A stretch of 64,000 bases of DNA from a virus. Each line of letters starts with the position of its first letter. Positions within the stretch are counted from its first letter, which is position 1. A model generated the notes under the pieces. The model was not told where the DNA came from and did no database searches. It saw only the letters and a program-made list of their open reading frames with translations. This document shows, piece after piece, positions 62,041 to 64,000 of the stretch. Both the position numbers and the translations under genes were made by a program. The stretch spans positions 96,001 through 160,000 of the IMG/VR virus record IMGVR_UViG_3300050821_018577. One strand, given 5' to 3'.

Positions 62041-62289
62041 ATGACGAAACGGCCAATCGAACCGAGGGACCGATACCAGGAGGGCCAATCGGCTGAGCCG
62101 CAACCAGATGTTCATGACACCATCACTGGCGGTGTGCCTGGCCAACAAGTCATGCAAACCACGGAAGTGAAGGCTCCTGAACCTGAGACGAAATCAGTGC
62201 AGCCAGCGTGTGGCGAATGCGGGAGTACGGCCATCGAGATTAGCGGCGGGATCCGCCATTGTACGAAGTGTGGCCATGCATTCGCTTAA
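62041..62289 (+). CDS. Zn-ribbon hypothetical protein
   Basis: GGAGG RBS; CGECG..CTKCG. Confidence 0.5.
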   Translation: MTKRPIEPRDRYQEGQSAEPQPDVHDTITGGVPGQQVMQTTEVKAPEPETKSVQPACGECGSTAIEISGGIRHCTKCGHAFA

Positions 62290-62298
62290 AAGAGATTT

Positions 62299-62373
62299 GC
62301 TTCCGTCCCGTAATGGATAACGGCCCTGACTACGAATCAGGTCATGGAGGTTCAAGTCCTCTCGGGAGCACCA
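62299..62373 (+). tRNA. tRNA-Arg(ACG)
   Basis: Cloverleaf, CCA. Confidence 0.85.
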
Positions 62374-62382
62374 GATTGTCAT

Positions 62383-62458
62383 AGGGGATTCGCCAAGCGG
62401 TCTAAGGCACTGGTCCTACAAACCAGCATCCCGAGTTCGAATCTCGGATCCCCTACCA
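62383..62458 (+). tRNA. tRNA with TAC anticodon (Val), C33, atypical body
   Basis: AGGGGAT/ATCCCCT acceptor; loop CCTACAA; A73; CCA. Confidence 0.7.
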
Positions 62459-62465
62459 AAAGTTT

Positions 62466-62550
62466 GCGCGAGTGGCGTAATGGCAGCCGCGGCAGTCTTA
62501 GGAACTGCTGTCCTTGTGACGTGGAGGTTCGACTCCTCTCTCGCGCACCA
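62466..62550 (+). tRNA. tRNA-Leu(TAG)
   Basis: Long variable arm, CCA. Confidence 0.9.
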
Positions 62551-62681
62551 GTTTAGGAGCAGAAAATGAAACCGCAGAACAAAGCAGAAATCCGGAAAGA
62601 AATTGCAGCGCGTAAACGGATCAACCGGAAAGCGGAACGCAAACAATTCGGATGCACCGTTCGCGTGACCGTGAAAACGGC

Positions 62682-62993
62682 ATGAGCTACATCATTCCGA
62701 TTCTTCTTGCGGTTCTGGTCGCGCGCATCGGGAGATTCTTCGCTTCAACCGGTAGCACGCGCCCTGAGCATTGGGAGAAAACGTGGCGGTGCGATTCGAC
62801 AACCGAAGTTTCTTCGTGTGGCGCGATATGTCATCGCATTCGTGGCCATTGGGGCTCGCATCGTACTGCATCGAGCGGAGCGTTGGGCTGGTATCATGAA
62901 TGGAAAGGTGAAGGCAAAGTCGTCCGCGTTATAGGGCTCGGGAAAACATATGAGGTCAGGGACCGTCACTACGGCGGAGGCACTTGCGTATAG
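62682..62993 (+). CDS. hypothetical membrane-anchored protein
   Basis: Hydrophobic N-terminus; C..H..H motifs. Confidence 0.45.
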   Translation: MSYIIPILLAVLVARIGRFFASTGSTRPEHWEKTWRCDSTTEVSSCGAICHRIRGHWGSHRTASSGALGWYHEWKGEGKVVRVIGLGKTYEVRDRHYGGGTCV

Positions 62994-63150
62994 AACCTTA
63001 CTTGCGCTGGCATCCAGTGACGGGCGGTTATGTGGGGCAAGCCGAAATTTGTGTCATGGCCTCGCGCATTCCTGATTCTGATTGTTATCACGAATTGAAT
63101 CGGCTTACGATGGAGAGGGTCCACGAAATTGCGTTGGAAGATAAAGTTTC

Positions 63151-63238
63151 GGGAAAGATGGACGAATCGGCTAAGTCCACCAGTCCGTAAAACTGGCGCT
63201 CTGCGAGCATGTGAGTTCAACTCTCACCTTTCCCACCA
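63151..63238 (+). tRNA. tRNA-Tyr(GTA), C33
   Basis: Long variable arm; loop CCGTAAA; CCA. Confidence 0.85.
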
Positions 63239-63252
63239 GTTGGAGGTTTGTT

Positions 63253-63426
63253 ATGAGCCATGAAGTTTTAATCAGGCGCACGATTTACGTTTCGGAATGC
63301 GAATGCGGCAGCCGCGAAGAACGCACAGAGAATCCGCCAAAAGAGCGCCTGTGCCCATGCGGCAAGTGGGTGCCGTTCCAAGAAGTTTCTTACACCGGCC
63401 CGGAATTGGCGAAAATCAAACTTTGA
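63253..63426 (+). CDS. small Zn-binding protein
   Basis: GGAGG RBS; CECG..CPCG. Confidence 0.5.
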   Translation: MSHEVLIRRTIYVSECECGSREERTENPPKERLCPCGKWVPFQEVSYTGPELAKIKL

Positions 63427-63501
63427 CCCAGGTTAGCTCAACGGCAGAGCTCCGGCTTGAAGCACCGGCGATTTTCGGTTCGACTCCGAGGCCTGGGACC
63501 A
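63427..63501 (+). tRNA. tRNA-Phe(GAA)
   Basis: Cloverleaf; loop TTGAAGC; CCA. Confidence 0.8.
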
Positions 63502-63639
63502 TTTTACTCGCGCACCGTTCGCCGTTCGAGTGCGCGGGCATTAACGGCGCGTTGAGCAACCAACGACATTGGCCAACCACAAACCTCGTGATATGTAGGG
63601 GTGACAGTCGGGAGAGACCGGCAAACGATTGGAGGATCG

Positions 63640-64000
63640 ATGCTCAAACAAATTAGCGCCGGATTCCTGTTTTTGTTTCTGGCCGGCAGCGCCTATGGCC
63701 AAGCGATGCAACTGCCTCCGGCTGGCGACCCATGGTGGGATTCCGATGCAGGCCAAGGGTTCATTGCCAGTTATGAAGGCACGCCGTGGTTTGAAGCGCT
63801 GGCATCCATGTCGAACTGCGACCAATCGTTGTGGAAGCATGTCTACAAGCCGAAGCGCCTGGTCGTAAAAGCTGCGTGCGTCACGGTGACGGGAACGATC
63901 GAGGACGCCACAGCCACAGAAAAGACCCATCACAAGGATGGCCAGCGCCACGAAGGGGATGGTGACGGCCACGGATGGCTGAAACTAGACCCCGGCCAGG
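63640..64000 (+). CDS. secreted protein (3' truncated by window edge; not in ORF track)
   Basis: GGAGG RBS; MLKQISAGFLFLFLAGSAYG|Q; frame open to the end of the window. Confidence 0.6.
   Translation, partial: MLKQISAGFLFLFLAGSAYGQAMQLPPAGDPWWDSDAGQGFIASYEGTPWFEALASMSNCDQSLWKHVYKPKRLVVKAACVTVTGTIEDATATEKTHHKDGQRHEGDGDGHGWLKLDPGQ

Noticed and set aside
1-64000. Integrase, att sites, IS elements, rRNA, reverse transcriptase/DGR
   Set aside because: No supporting motifs were seen. The 5885/14618 repeat shows no adenine-specific mismatch pattern and no RT gene is present.

Overview
This window is 64 kb of a large tailed-phage or prophage genome. No capsid, terminase, portal or integrase gene is visible. 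A likely Acidobacteriota-type host is inferred from an ASH/choice-of-anchor-D domain and from Sec signal peptides cleaved before Gln. Order along the window: sugar-nucleotide dehydrogenase and glycosyltransferase; a block of signal-peptide-bearing S/T-rich structural or accessory proteins; head-tail connectors; a lambda/GTA-like siphovirus tail (tube, -1 frameshifted chaperone, tape measure, Dit, hub, NlpC/P60, tail tip, Gly-rich fibre); M15 endolysin; a sigma70-driven early region (RHH, RecT, PD-(D/E)XK nuclease, J-domain protein, Nudix, RusA-like, papain-like protease); an RNA-centred region; an inverted island (methyltransferase, glycosyltransferase, 1711-aa fibre-like protein); and a large tRNA cluster (27 CCA-ending tRNAs found by eye). 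The top candidate novel system is a promoter-to-terminator array of seven ncRNA units at 38511-39509. Each unit has its own closing stem around a shared TACTG..TACATG / CGACAT core. The units carry different cargo, including circularly permuted tRNA mimics (Y-RNA/YrlA-like topology). A TROVE/Ro60-like vWA protein and a SpoU RNA methyltransferase are encoded about 5-7 kb downstream. All calls come from manual motif reading; no database searches or folding programs were run.
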